Assembly (NCBI GenBank): GCA_944391485.1
Contig: CALXTQ010000013.1
Location: 809-64,808 of the forward strand
Reading direction: 5' to 3'
Length of the DNA stretch: 64,000 nucleotides
Origin: an uncultured Alphaproteobacteria bacterium
Lineage (GTDB): Bacteria; Pseudomonadota; Alphaproteobacteria; RF32; CAG-239
Made by a program: the position numbers and the translations under genes. The notes under the pieces are model-generated. The model had not been told where the DNA came from. It saw only the letters and a program-made list of their open reading frames with translations, and did no database searches. This document shows positions 18,426-27,986 of this stretch, one piece after another (position 1 is the first letter of the stretch; every line of letters begins with the position of its first letter).

Positions 18426-19418
18426 TTAATTTCTCCTCGTTCCGAAAACCCTCGGCACGCAAAAGCGGTCGATTAGCGGCACAAACGCGTTCATTATCAA
18501 TATGGCGAAGGAAACGCCTTCCGGATAGACGCTGTATCTGCGGATGATTACGGTCAGCAGCCCGCAGCCGACGGCAAACAGAATCTGTCCGTTCCGGGTC
18601 ATCGGCGTTGTTACATAATCCGTTGCCATGAAAATGGCGCCGAGAAACAGGCCGCCTGATAAAATCTGCATGACCGGTTCGGCCCGGATATCGCCCGTCG
18701 ACAGCCAGATAACGGCATTAAACAGGAAAACAGTCGCAATATAAAAGAAAGGAATATGCCACCCGATAATTCTCCGCCATAACAGATATGCAAAACCCGC
18801 CAGCAGAGCCAGAGCCGAAACTTCGCCCAGACAACCGCCGGTATAGCCGACCAGCATCTGCCAGTACTGCGGCAGTTCCTGAACGGATCCGGACAGCGCG
18901 GCGGCAGAGCTTCCAGTGTCAAGATGTTTCAAAATTCCCAGAGGCGTGGCTGCCGTTGAGGCGTCCAGATTCAGAAAATTCAGAAATTCCGGTTTGGGCC
19001 AGGAAGTCATTTGCACCGGAAAGGAAATGAACAAAAAGACCCTGCCCACCAAAGCTGGATTAAAAACGTTTTTGCCTAAACCGCCAAAGGCCATTTTGGC
19101 AATGCCGACGGCGACAAAGCAGCCGATCAGAATAATCCACGCCGGCATATTGCTCGGAAGGTTGAATGCCAGAAGCAGGCCCGTAACCACTGCCGAAAGA
19201 TTGTCCGTCGTAGCGGGGATTTTCAACAGATACCGGCATATCAGGTACTCAAATACGACGCATCCGGCAACGGCCGTTACCATCACCTTTAGAGCGCCAA
19301 CCCCGAAAAACAAAACGGCCGCGGCGGCTGCCGGCAGCAGGGCTATGATGACGTCGCGCATGATGGATCTGGTTGTCTGCGGCGAGTTCATATGTGGCGC
19401 GGTGGATATTTTCAGCAT
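18426..19418 (-). CDS. rnfD: Rnf/Rsx electron transport complex subunit D
   Basis: 330 aa NqrB-like, FMATDYVTTPMT flavinylation site. Confidence 0.9.
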   Translation of the reverse strand: MLKISTAPHMNSPQTTRSIMRDVIIALLPAAAAAVLFFGVGALKVMVTAVAGCVVFEYLICRYLLKIPATTDNLSAVVTGLLLAFNLPSNMPAWIILIGCFVAVGIAKMAFGGLGKNVFNPALVGRVFLFISFPVQMTSWPKPEFLNFLNLDASTAATPLGILKHLDTGSSAAALSGSVQELPQYWQMLVGYTGGCLGEVSALALLAGFAYLLWRRIIGWHIPFFYIATVFLFNAVIWLSTGDIRAEPVMQILSGGLFLGAIFMATDYVTTPMTRNGQILFAVGCGLLTVIIRRYSVYPEGVSFAILIMNAFVPLIDRFCVPRVFGTRRN

Positions 19419-19429
19419 ATCAGAAAGTC

Positions 19430-20767
19430 CTATTTTTGTTTTTTAAGTTCGTATTTTCCAAGTTTGCAATAGTCCAGCAGCGGAATTTTTGCCGGACAGG
19501 TGTAAGCGCAGGAACCGCATTCTATACAATCCAGAACATGCAGTTTTGCGGCTTCGGCATAATCGCGTTCGCGCATGGCGCAGGATATGGCAAAGGGCAT
19601 CAGTCCCACGGGGCAGACTTCGACGCATTTGCCGCAGCGAATGCAGACGCTTTCTTCGGGTTTGTATGATTTGTCATCATGCAGCAGAAGAATGCCGGAA
19701 GTCAGCTTGGTTATCGGCGCATCGATATTAACGGCGGAAGTTCCCATCATGGGGCCGCCGAAGATGATTTTGCCGATTTCTTCCGGCTTTCCGTGCACTT
19801 TGCTGATGAGAAAAGAAGCCGGCGTGCCAATTCTGACCCGGAAATTGGCCGGCGTTTCGGCAGCATTGCCGCTGACGGTTACAATTCTCTCGAAAAGAGG
19901 TTTATTTTTCATGACGGCTTCATAAACGGCATTGACAGTGCCGACGTTTTGCACGATGCAGCCGACGTCTATCGGCAGTTTTCCTGACGGAACCTCCCTG
20001 CCCGTTATTGCCTCAATGAGTTGTTTTTCCGCGCCCTGGGGATATTTTGTCTTTAATACGCGCACATTGACGCCGACGTAAGATCTGGTCAGCTTTTTCA
20101 TGACGGCAATGGCATCCGGTTTGTTTTCGTCTATCGCGATGATGGCGTTCTGGATCCCGAGAGCTTTATTCAGAATTTTGGCGCCGATAATGATTTGTTC
20201 CGCTTTTTCGACCATGAGCCGGTCATCTGCCGTCAGGTAAGGTTCGCACTCAATGCCGTTTACGATCAGGCATTCGGCTTTTTTGCCTTCGGGAACTTTA
20301 GTCTTTACCGGCGTGGGATACCCCGCGCCGCCCATGCCGACAATACCGGCGCCGCGGATTTTGGCAATGATTTCGTCCGGCGTAAAGGGAATGTCTCTGA
20401 TTATGTCCGGGCTGCGGTCGATGCTTTCTTCCCACTCGTCGCCCTCCACTTTTATGGTTATCATGTCTTCAAGATAGCCGAATTCTCCCTCTATGGCCTC
20501 CACCTTCAGAACCTCGCCGGAAACCGAGGAATGAACATCGGCGGAAACAATGCCGTCGGCGTCGGCCAACAGGGTTCCGACTTTGACTTTGTCTCCCTTT
20601 TTTACCAGGATTTTGGCCGGGCTGCCAATATGCTGCTTGACCGGAATGTAAGCGATTTCCGGCAGTCCGGCATCTACTGTCGGACAATGGGACGTGATTT
20701 TGTGCTTGTCGGGGTGGATTCCGCCGATTGTAAAAGTGTTTTTAGCGCTCATTTTCTGTCTCCGCAT
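19430..20767 (-). CDS. rnfC: Rnf/Rsx electron transport complex subunit C (NADH-binding, 2x[4Fe-4S])
   Basis: 445 aa; CIRCGKCVEVCP and CIECGSCAYTCP ferredoxin motifs, GAGGAGYPT nucleotide-binding region. Confidence 0.9.
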   Translation of the reverse strand: MRRQKMSAKNTFTIGGIHPDKHKITSHCPTVDAGLPEIAYIPVKQHIGSPAKILVKKGDKVKVGTLLADADGIVSADVHSSVSGEVLKVEAIEGEFGYLEDMITIKVEGDEWEESIDRSPDIIRDIPFTPDEIIAKIRGAGIVGMGGAGYPTPVKTKVPEGKKAECLIVNGIECEPYLTADDRLMVEKAEQIIIGAKILNKALGIQNAIIAIDENKPDAIAVMKKLTRSYVGVNVRVLKTKYPQGAEKQLIEAITGREVPSGKLPIDVGCIVQNVGTVNAVYEAVMKNKPLFERIVTVSGNAAETPANFRVRIGTPASFLISKVHGKPEEIGKIIFGGPMMGTSAVNIDAPITKLTSGILLLHDDKSYKPEESVCIRCGKCVEVCPVGLMPFAISCAMRERDYAEAAKLHVLDCIECGSCAYTCPAKIPLLDYCKLGKYELKKQK

Positions 20768-21629
20768 TTTTCTTTTTCAGAGCGCCGGTATAAATAATGG
20801 CGCCGGTCGGACAGGCTTCTGCCAGAGCCGGTCCGAATTCTTCGGCGGAAACCTCCGCCGGAATGTAGGACAAATTGTTTTCAACGCGGACGGCGTCGCA
20901 GACTTTGGTGCATTTCATGCAGGCAATGCAGGCCGCTTTGCAGTTTTTGCGGGCCTGAGCTCCTTTCTGCGTGTTGCGGCAGGCAACGTAAACCCTTTTG
21001 CCGTCCGGACCTTTGGGACGGATTTCAAATAATTGTCTGGGACAGGTTTTTACGCAGATTCCGCAGGAGGTGCATTTTTGTTCGTCAACGACGGGAATAC
21101 CTGTTTCCGGATCTATATGCAGCGCGCCGAACGGACAGGCTTTGACACAGTCACCGAAGCGCAGACAGCCGGTCGGACAGCCGCTTTGCCCGACGGATAT
21201 CCGGGCAGCCAGCCGACAGCTTTTGAAGCCGGAGTATTCGACTTTGTCCGGAGCGTTTTGGCAGGTTCCGCGGCAGCGGAGGACGGCAACGGTCGCCTCT
21301 TTTTCATCGGCGACAAAACCCAGAGCTTCCGCAATCTTACGCATAACATCGTTGCCGCCGGCCGTGCAGAAAAGATGGTGAAAATTTTCGGCGTCGGCTT
21401 TGACGCAGGCTTTGGCAAAGTCCCGGCAGCCGGCCTTGCCGCAGGCGCCGCAGTTGGCTCCCGGTAAAAGTTTTTCTATTTCGTCGATTTTGGGGTTTTC
21501 TTCAACGGCAAATTTTTGCGAGACAAAGTACAGGACAATTGCCGCAAGCAGAGCTATGCCCGCTAGAATCAGGATATTGAAGATGATTACTGTTGACATT
21601 ACGCCTCTCTGGATATTGCAGATATCCAT
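20742..21629 (-). CDS. rnfB: Rnf/Rsx electron transport complex subunit B (polyferredoxin)
   Basis: 295 aa; N-terminal TM anchor, CGACGKAGC cluster and multiple CxxCxxCxxxCP motifs. Confidence 0.85.
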   Translation of the reverse strand: MDICNIQRGVMSTVIIFNILILAGIALLAAIVLYFVSQKFAVEENPKIDEIEKLLPGANCGACGKAGCRDFAKACVKADAENFHHLFCTAGGNDVMRKIAEALGFVADEKEATVAVLRCRGTCQNAPDKVEYSGFKSCRLAARISVGQSGCPTGCLRFGDCVKACPFGALHIDPETGIPVVDEQKCTSCGICVKTCPRQLFEIRPKGPDGKRVYVACRNTQKGAQARKNCKAACIACMKCTKVCDAVRVENNLSYIPAEVSAEEFGPALAEACPTGAIIYTGALKKKNAETENER

Positions 21630-21691
21630 GAAAATACCATAAATTTAGAGGAAACAAAGCAGTTTTTCGAGATTACACCCAGATAAAAATG

Positions 21692-22114
21692 TCAGAATGG
21701 CGGCCTTTGGCTGATTTTGAAGCGTATTCCGCGCGAAATTTTTTTGCTGAACAAACCGAGGACTAAATAATAAGGAAGTAAGACCGTCAGACTGAAAACG
21801 GCGGCTGCCGTTTCGTCCGACAAAAAGAAAATTCCGGTCAGCAGAACCGCCAGGACGAGGAGCAGCGGAAGAATGTAAGCCAGAAAGACGGCCAGCCAGC
21901 CTTTTTTTTCGTCAAGTTCAACTGTTATTCTGTCTCCGGGACTGTATTTTTCGGCTTCGGGCGTTTCTATTTCTATGACTTTTTCCCGGCACTCCGCCAG
22001 ACCGCAGCTTTTTCTGACGCTGCAGGAAGCGCAGGCAGCGCGGCTGTTTACGGCGGCATAAACTCTGTTTTTTTCCGTTTTTATGATTGTGGCCGAATGT
22101 TCCAGAACAGACAT
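21692..22114 (-). CDS. rseC: RseC/MucC family protein (SoxR-reducing system component)
   Basis: 140 aa; N-terminal Cys cluster (CASCSVRKSCGLAEC) then two TM helices; immediately upstream of rnfB. Confidence 0.65.
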   Translation of the reverse strand: MSVLEHSATIIKTEKNRVYAAVNSRAACASCSVRKSCGLAECREKVIEIETPEAEKYSPGDRITVELDEKKGWLAVFLAYILPLLLVLAVLLTGIFFLSDETAAAVFSLTVLLPYYLVLGLFSKKISRGIRFKISQRPPF

Positions 22115-22115
22115 A

Positions 22116-23132
22116 TCATACTCCCAAAAGTTTTTTGGCTTCCCCGGACAAGAGGGTTTTTATTTTATCGTCTTTTTCGCGCACGAATAAAATTACCGGC
22201 AGGTTATGCCTGTCGGCAAAACGGAGGCCCCGGTCTTCGCCCAGAACCATGATTGCCGTGGCTATGGCATCGGCATCCATGCAGCTGTCGTGAAAAACGG
22301 TTACGGAAGCCAGACCGTGTTCTACTGGGCGCCCTGTCTGCGGCGAGATCGTATGGGAATAGCGCCGGTCTCCCTGATAAAAAAAGTTGCGATAATCGCC
22401 GGATGTGGCGACGGCAAAGTTTTTAAGGGCAACGACAAAAGGCGTTTCATCATGCAGTTTTCCGGGTCTGACCACGCCGATATTCCAGCCGTCCACTTCA
22501 TCCGATTTGCGACCGCGGGCGACGACTTCTCCGCCGATTTCCACAACAAAGTCCCGGTATCCCTCTTCTTCCAACAGCGCGGCTATGATATCGGCTCCAT
22601 AGCCTTTGGCTATCGCCGAAAGGTCGATATAGGTTTCCGCGCGTTTTTTTTGTAGTCGGGAATAGCCGGAGGAGAATTTTATCTTGTCAAACCCCGTGTC
22701 TTTTAAAACATTTTTTATTTCTTCGTCCGAGGGAATGCCGCGCGGACCGCTTTTTCCGAATCCCCACAGGTCGACCAGACGGCCGACGGTCGGATCAAAA
22801 GCGCCGCCGCTTTGTTTATAAATCGTGTCGGCGCTCCGCATTAAGGCGGCCATATGCGGCGAAAGTTCTATCCAAACTCCTTTGGGGGCATTGTTTATTC
22901 TGCTGATTTCCGACTGCGGGTCGAAGATAGACATCTCTTTGTTTATTTCTTTAAGCTTTTCATTGATTTTTTTGCTTAACAGTTTGTTTTCCTTGTTTGT
23001 TTTTATTTTTATGTTGTAGTATGTCCCCATTGTGGCGCCGCTTATCGTCTGGTATGGGGATTTTTCTGCAAAAAGATAGCAGCCCAAGGCGAAAACAACT
23101 AAAAAGATTGAAAAAAACTTAAAAAATCTCAT
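22116..23132 (-). CDS. apbE: FAD:protein FMN transferase ApbE
   Basis: 338 aa with signal/anchor; ApbE-family pattern (GAFDPTVG, SGDY); head of the rnf operon. Confidence 0.8.
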   Translation of the reverse strand: MRFFKFFSIFLVVFALGCYLFAEKSPYQTISGATMGTYYNIKIKTNKENKLLSKKINEKLKEINKEMSIFDPQSEISRINNAPKGVWIELSPHMAALMRSADTIYKQSGGAFDPTVGRLVDLWGFGKSGPRGIPSDEEIKNVLKDTGFDKIKFSSGYSRLQKKRAETYIDLSAIAKGYGADIIAALLEEEGYRDFVVEIGGEVVARGRKSDEVDGWNIGVVRPGKLHDETPFVVALKNFAVATSGDYRNFFYQGDRRYSHTISPQTGRPVEHGLASVTVFHDSCMDADAIATAIMVLGEDRGLRFADRHNLPVILFVREKDDKIKTLLSGEAKKLLGV

Positions 23133-23236
23133 ATTATTTTTACACTCTTATCTGCGAAGCTGTTTTACTTTAAATAATTTTTGTTTTAGTATTCTACTGT
23201 TTTATCCATTTTTCATTTAGAAAAGGTAATTATAAT

Positions 23237-23977
23237 ATGCTAGACAAGTTAAAATCAATAACAAATAAAGTTTCTGTGAAAGCCGCCGAGCTGCAGGAAA
23301 AGCTCAAAGTCCGCGAAAAGGTCCTGAAAATTAAGGATCTTTCCCTCAAAACCTGTCATGCGGGCCGGCGGCAGATTGACAGACTGGGCAGAAAAACAGC
23401 CCGCAGCGGTATCTCTGCCAACACGGTAACGATAACCGGTTTTGTTATCGGCATATTTGCCATCAATTTTCTGTCTTTGGAGATGTACGGTTACGCGCTG
23501 CTGTGTATTCTTCTGAACCGCTTTTTTGACGCTTTGGACGGTGCTATTGCCAGAAATTCCGGCATTACCGATTTCGGCGTATTTCTGGACGCGACGCTCG
23601 ATTATATCTTTTATGCCGGCGTTATTTTTGGGTTTGCCCTGGCTAATCCCGGACAGAATGCCATTGCCGCCTGTTTCTTGCTGTTTGCTTTTACGACTGC
23701 CGCCTGTGCAATGCTGGCTTATGCCGTGGTTGCCTACAAAAACAATTCGGGGCAGAAGCTTGAGCTGAATCAGTCGCCCTTCTATCTTGGCGGTCTGGCT
23801 CAGGGATCCGAGACTTTTGTCGCTTTGATCGTTTTATGCCTTATTCCGTCGTGGTTCCTGCAGATTGCGATTATCCTGGGCGTGTTGAGTATGGTTAAGG
23901 CCCTGAGCGTTATTGCCGCGGCATATTATAATTTCGTTATCGCTTTACGCAACAAAAAGAACAATCCGGATGCCTAA
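23237..23977 (+). CDS. CDP-alcohol phosphatidyltransferase family protein (PgsA/Pcs-like) with ~70-aa soluble N-terminal extension
   Basis: D-G-x2-A-R-x8-G-x3-D-x3-D motif (FFDALDGAIARNSGITDFGVFLDATLDYIFYAG). Confidence 0.65.
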   Translation: MLDKLKSITNKVSVKAAELQEKLKVREKVLKIKDLSLKTCHAGRRQIDRLGRKTARSGISANTVTITGFVIGIFAINFLSLEMYGYALLCILLNRFFDALDGAIARNSGITDFGVFLDATLDYIFYAGVIFGFALANPGQNAIAACFLLFAFTTAACAMLAYAVVAYKNNSGQKLELNQSPFYLGGLAQGSETFVALIVLCLIPSWFLQIAIILGVLSMVKALSVIAAAYYNFVIALRNKKNNPDA

Positions 23978-25892
23978 AAGATTTTTATCCGCAGCGTTTT
24001 TTACGGTCTTTCTGGCTCTTGCCTGTGCGGGCGAGAGCCGCGCCGTAATGGTTGAGGATAAGACAGACAAGGTTTCCGTCTCGCTCGTTGCCAAAGCGGA
24101 CGGGGCTGCTCCGAATGAAGAGGTTGACGTCCTTGTAAAGCTTCGGATGCATGACGGCTGGCATACTTACTGGGCGAACCCCGGTGATGCCGGACTGGCG
24201 ACCAATATCAGGTGGCGTCTGCCCGAAGGATATCGGAGTTCTGATGTCTGGCTGAGCAAACCCGACAGATTTTTGTTTGAAGAACTGGTGCAATACGGTT
24301 ACGGAGACACGGCCTACCTGAAAACCAGTCTCATTCCGGAAAAGACCGGTAATTCAAAGAAAAATCCGGGAGAAAAAATGTTTTCGGCAACGGTTTCGTG
24401 GCTTGCCTGCCGGGATGTCTGTGTTCCCGAATCCGTAAAGTTGGATTTTTCCCTGCCCGCCGATCAGAATGACGATGCCGGACGGTTCTGGAAAGAGGAA
24501 TTTGACAAGGCGTTGCCGACATTCCCAGTGGTTAACGATTGGAAGTCCTATTATACCGTTTCCGGCGGCAGACTTTTGATTAATGTCGAAACGTCCGGAT
24601 TTGATTTTGCCAAAAACATAAAGAAGATTTCCTTTATTCCTTACCAGAAGGATAAGATTGACAATAAGGCCGGGCAGAAAGTCGGCTATGACGGCTCGGG
24701 AGCGCTTTCTGTTGAAATTCCTCTGGAAGACACTGATATTTCCGAGCTTTCCGGCCTTTTGATCCTGGAGCAGGAAAATTCCGGAACGGCTTATGAACTG
24801 ACTCCCGTTCTCAGGGAAAAACTGCAGGTTTACAATCCGATCAATTATGACGATTATTCTTTGTTTTTGGTTATTCTGATGGCTTTTGCCGGCGGCGTCA
24901 TCTTAAATTTTATGCCGTGTATTTTTCCGATTTTGACCATTAAGGCCATTTCTCTGGCGCAGAGCTCGTATAACAAGCAGAAGAACCGGATGGAAGCCCT
25001 GCTTTATTTTGCAGGTGTCGTCGTATCGTTTTTTCTGATTGCGACGGTTCTTATTTTCCTGCGTTCCAAAGGCGAACAAATCGGCTGGGGCTTCCAGCTG
25101 CAGTCTCCGGTTTTTGTCGGAATAATGATGGTTATTTTCTTTATTATTTTTCTGATGCTGCTTGATATTGTCAATCTGAAAAACCCGTTTGCCAGCCGCG
25201 TGGGGCGGATTTCATTCAAAAAACAGCAGCTCAACGCCTTTGTTACGGGCTTTTTCGCCGTGCTGATTGCCAGTCCGTGCACCGGGCCGTTCATGGGAAT
25301 AGCCATCGGGTATACGCTGGCTAAGCCGATTTATATATATTATCCGGTCTTTCTGGCGCTGAGCGTCGGTTATGCCCTGCCCTTTACGCTTATAGGACTG
25401 TTTCCGCACGCTTTGCATAAAATTCTGCCTAAGCCCGGAAAATGGATGGAAATTCTGAAGAAAATTTTTGCAGTTCCCGTATTTTTGACTATTGTCTGGC
25501 TGGGCTGGGTGTTGTTTAATCAGATTAACGCGGCCGCCGCAAAGAAATATGAGGAAGTTTTCTGGCAGCCATATGATAAGGAAAAAGTGGCGGCTCTGAC
25601 GGCCGTGCGACAGCCTGTTTTTATCGATTTTACGGCCAAATGGTGCATAACCTGTCTGGCCAACGAAAAAATGGCCCTGCAGTCGGAAGAGTTTCTGAGT
25701 CTGGTCAGGGAAAGAAAAATAAACATATTTAAGGCTGACTGGACAAACAGGGACAAAGACGTAACGGACGCTCTGGCATATTACGGACGGAACAGCGTTC
25801 CCTTATATGTTTATTATGGCGGAGAAACGGCAAATTATGTTATTTTGCCCCAGCTGCTGACGCCTGGGATTCTAAAACAATACATAAAATAA
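23970..25892 (+). CDS. dsbD: thiol:disulfide interchange protein DsbD
   Basis: signal peptide + periplasmic alpha domain, 8-TM core with conserved Cys (NFMPCIFP, ASPCTGPF), C-terminal thioredoxin WCITC. Confidence 0.8.
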   Translation: MPKRFLSAAFFTVFLALACAGESRAVMVEDKTDKVSVSLVAKADGAAPNEEVDVLVKLRMHDGWHTYWANPGDAGLATNIRWRLPEGYRSSDVWLSKPDRFLFEELVQYGYGDTAYLKTSLIPEKTGNSKKNPGEKMFSATVSWLACRDVCVPESVKLDFSLPADQNDDAGRFWKEEFDKALPTFPVVNDWKSYYTVSGGRLLINVETSGFDFAKNIKKISFIPYQKDKIDNKAGQKVGYDGSGALSVEIPLEDTDISELSGLLILEQENSGTAYELTPVLREKLQVYNPINYDDYSLFLVILMAFAGGVILNFMPCIFPILTIKAISLAQSSYNKQKNRMEALLYFAGVVVSFFLIATVLIFLRSKGEQIGWGFQLQSPVFVGIMMVIFFIIFLMLLDIVNLKNPFASRVGRISFKKQQLNAFVTGFFAVLIASPCTGPFMGIAIGYTLAKPIYIYYPVFLALSVGYALPFTLIGLFPHALHKILPKPGKWMEILKKIFAVPVFLTIVWLGWVLFNQINAAAAKKYEEVFWQPYDKEKVAALTAVRQPVFIDFTAKWCITCLANEKMALQSEEFLSLVRERKINIFKADWTNRDKDVTDALAYYGRNSVPLYVYYGGETANYVILPQLLTPGILKQYIK

Positions 25893-25893
25893 A

Positions 25894-25916
25894 AGAAGCA
25901 AAACCGCTTCTTTTAT
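25894..25916. terminator. bidirectional terminator hairpin between dsbD and the convergent minus-strand gene
   Basis: GAAGC-aaaacc-GCTTC with T-tracts on both strands. Confidence 0.5.
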
Positions 25917-25938
25917 TTTATGGGTTTTCCGCGCAATA

Positions 25939-26706
25939 TTATTTGCCGAAAATTCCGATTGATTTTACTCTTTCTTTGACACCGCCGACAACTTTGTCAA
26001 GGTTTTCCTCAGCAACGCCTTTCAGGTCGGAAATGTTGCTTTTGACAATTGTCTGCGAGGCTGTGCTGAGAATCTGATTTAGCACCTTGGATATTGTTTC
26101 GGCGACTGACGCGCCTTTTTTCTGCTCGCCGATATTTTTCATATGAATTGTCGGGAGTTTGACGTTCAGTCCCTTGCCTTTTAAGGCTACTGCCTGAATC
26201 TCGCCGTCTTTGACAATGAGATCTTTGATAATGACTTTTTTGCCTGTATCCGCTCCGGATTTGTTTTCAGGCGCTTTTTCGACTTTTTCTTCTTTCTTTA
26301 CGGTTTTTGCCGTGTTTTTCTGAACATTCTTTTGTATTTCGGAAATATTGTTGCGGGTCAGAGATAACATCTCATAGGTGATGACCGGTTTGTTGATTTC
26401 GATTGAATCGATGATAACCGTATCGGTTGTCAGGCTCTTGATGTTGACTTTGACGCCGATTTCCTCAAGGCTGAAGACATAAGGCGTGCTGTACTCCTTT
26501 GGATTGGCAACCGTAATTTTGCTGATGCGCCCTTCTCCGTTCGTGAGAGCAAGTTTGAAACCGTCCAGGCTGACTTCCGTTCCCGTAATCTCGCTGCCGT
26601 ATTTGTTGACGATTTTCTTGACAATGCTTTCAATCGTCGGCGTAAAATAGTAAAAGCCCGCGAACAGCGCAACCAGAATCAATAAGACAATATATTTTTT
26701 TTTCAT
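25939..26706 (-). CDS. membrane-anchored protein, AsmA-like/DUF748-like (tentative)
   Basis: 255 aa; single N-terminal TM then beta-rich Lys-rich periplasmic region. Confidence 0.35.
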   Translation of the reverse strand: MKKKYIVLLILVALFAGFYYFTPTIESIVKKIVNKYGSEITGTEVSLDGFKLALTNGEGRISKITVANPKEYSTPYVFSLEEIGVKVNIKSLTTDTVIIDSIEINKPVITYEMLSLTRNNISEIQKNVQKNTAKTVKKEEKVEKAPENKSGADTGKKVIIKDLIVKDGEIQAVALKGKGLNVKLPTIHMKNIGEQKKGASVAETISKVLNQILSTASQTIVKSNISDLKGVAEENLDKVVGGVKERVKSIGIFGK

Positions 26707-27149
26707 GTGTATTGTGTCTCCTTTTCAAAAAGTTTGCTTCTAATTCCGGTATATCCCAATATGATTTTTTTCTCAATTGAATTTTTTATAAAAAAAACAC
26801 CGGAAAATCTGTTTGCAAAAACAGTTAAACCGGCGTTTTTTCCAAGAAAGGGAAAACACGGTAATAAATTTACTACAATAAATCAGACAATCTGCCGCGC
26901 TCTCCCTTTATATCTTAAATTTGTATTATTTAGTTCCGTTACGATATACATGCCGGAATAAATAATATAGGGCGACCTTATCATTAACTTTGTCCGCAAG
27001 AACAAAAAGTCAAGAATAAACGGAATAACTGGCCGCCGGATCAATAATACAAATCGCATAATTATAATGTTTTCAAAGAAAATTTAACCCTTTGTTAATT
27101 TTTTGTCAATGATTGTTTGCAGAAAAGATCTTCCGACGCAAAAAAACTG

Positions 27150-27178
27150 TTGCAAAATATTTTTTTGCGGTTTATATT
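27150..27178 (+). promoter_or_regulatory. candidate promoter for tRNA-Lys (TTGCAA-17-TATATT)
   Basis: TTGCAA 27150-27155, 17-nt spacer, TATATT 27173-27178, about 20 nt before the mature tRNA 5' end. Confidence 0.4.
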
Positions 27179-27198
27179 CCGTCTTGATTTATGGTTAT

Positions 27199-27274
27199 GG
27201 GTGCATAGCTCAGTTGGTAGAGCAACTGACTCTTAATCAGTGGGTCTGGGGTTCGAACCCCCATGCGCCTACCA
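27199..27274 (+). tRNA. tRNA-Lys (anticodon CUU)
   Basis: 76-nt cloverleaf GGGTGCATAGCTCAGTTGGTAGAGC...; anticodon loop CTCTTAA; TTCGAAC T-loop; encoded CCA. Confidence 0.9.
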
Positions 27275-27278
27275 TTAC

Positions 27279-27310
27279 AGGGCCTTTCCTTACGGAAGGC
27301 CTTTTTTTTG
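27279..27310 (+). terminator. rho-independent terminator after tRNA-Lys
   Basis: GGCCTTTCC-ttac-GGAAGGCC followed by T8. Confidence 0.65.
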
Positions 27311-27542
27311 TTTACAAAGTGGTCCTGAAAGATCGTCAGGCTGGCCGGTGCGGACATCCGGCGGCGGTTTGCCCTTTTTCCGCGCGGCGAAAAATAATTT
27401 GAGCCAGGACTGCCGCGTTTTTCCTTTTTAGCAGCTACCGGACCGGAAATTAAACGACAGTCTTGTCTGCGAAAACACGGAACGGCTTTTGATTTCGCAT
27501 TGACTTTTTTCTATTCTGTCTTAAAATATTTAAATAATTTTT

Positions 27543-27986
27543 TTGAAAGGTTTCAGCATGTTGAAAAAGTTGGGAATTCTGGCGGCAGCCGCTGTTGTTT
27601 TTTCATCGCCGGCTTTTGCCGACGCTTATACAGACTGTATGAAAAGCGCTTCAGTCAAAGGCAGTGATTTTGAAATTGCGTTGTGCATGAAGGCAGAGGC
27701 CGACAGAGTTCTGAAGCAGGTGCAGGCGGAATATACTCAGCTGGCGGCTGACAAAGATTTTGAAAAATGGAATAACGGCAACGGCATGTTTAAGGGAAAT
27801 CTGCGGGATATGTACGCCGCCTGGCTGAACTATCGCGACAAGTACTGTTCTTTATACGCCTATGCGGCCGAGCGTTACGCCGGATCTGAGGATTATAACA
27901 GAGAAAAATGCCGCATGGATCTGACTAAAGAGCAGTTGGCTTATATTACCGCTATTTCCAAAGTGCATAATTCGACAATCAATTGA
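27543..27986 (+). CDS. DUF1311 / LprI-like (lysozyme-inhibitor N-domain family) periplasmic protein
   Basis: 147 aa; signal peptide; four conserved Cys with the DUF1311-type spacing (tentative, from memory). Confidence 0.5.
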   Translation: MKGFSMLKKLGILAAAAVVFSSPAFADAYTDCMKSASVKGSDFEIALCMKAEADRVLKQVQAEYTQLAADKDFEKWNNGNGMFKGNLRDMYAAWLNYRDKYCSLYAYAAERYAGSEDYNREKCRMDLTKEQLAYITAISKVHNSTIN

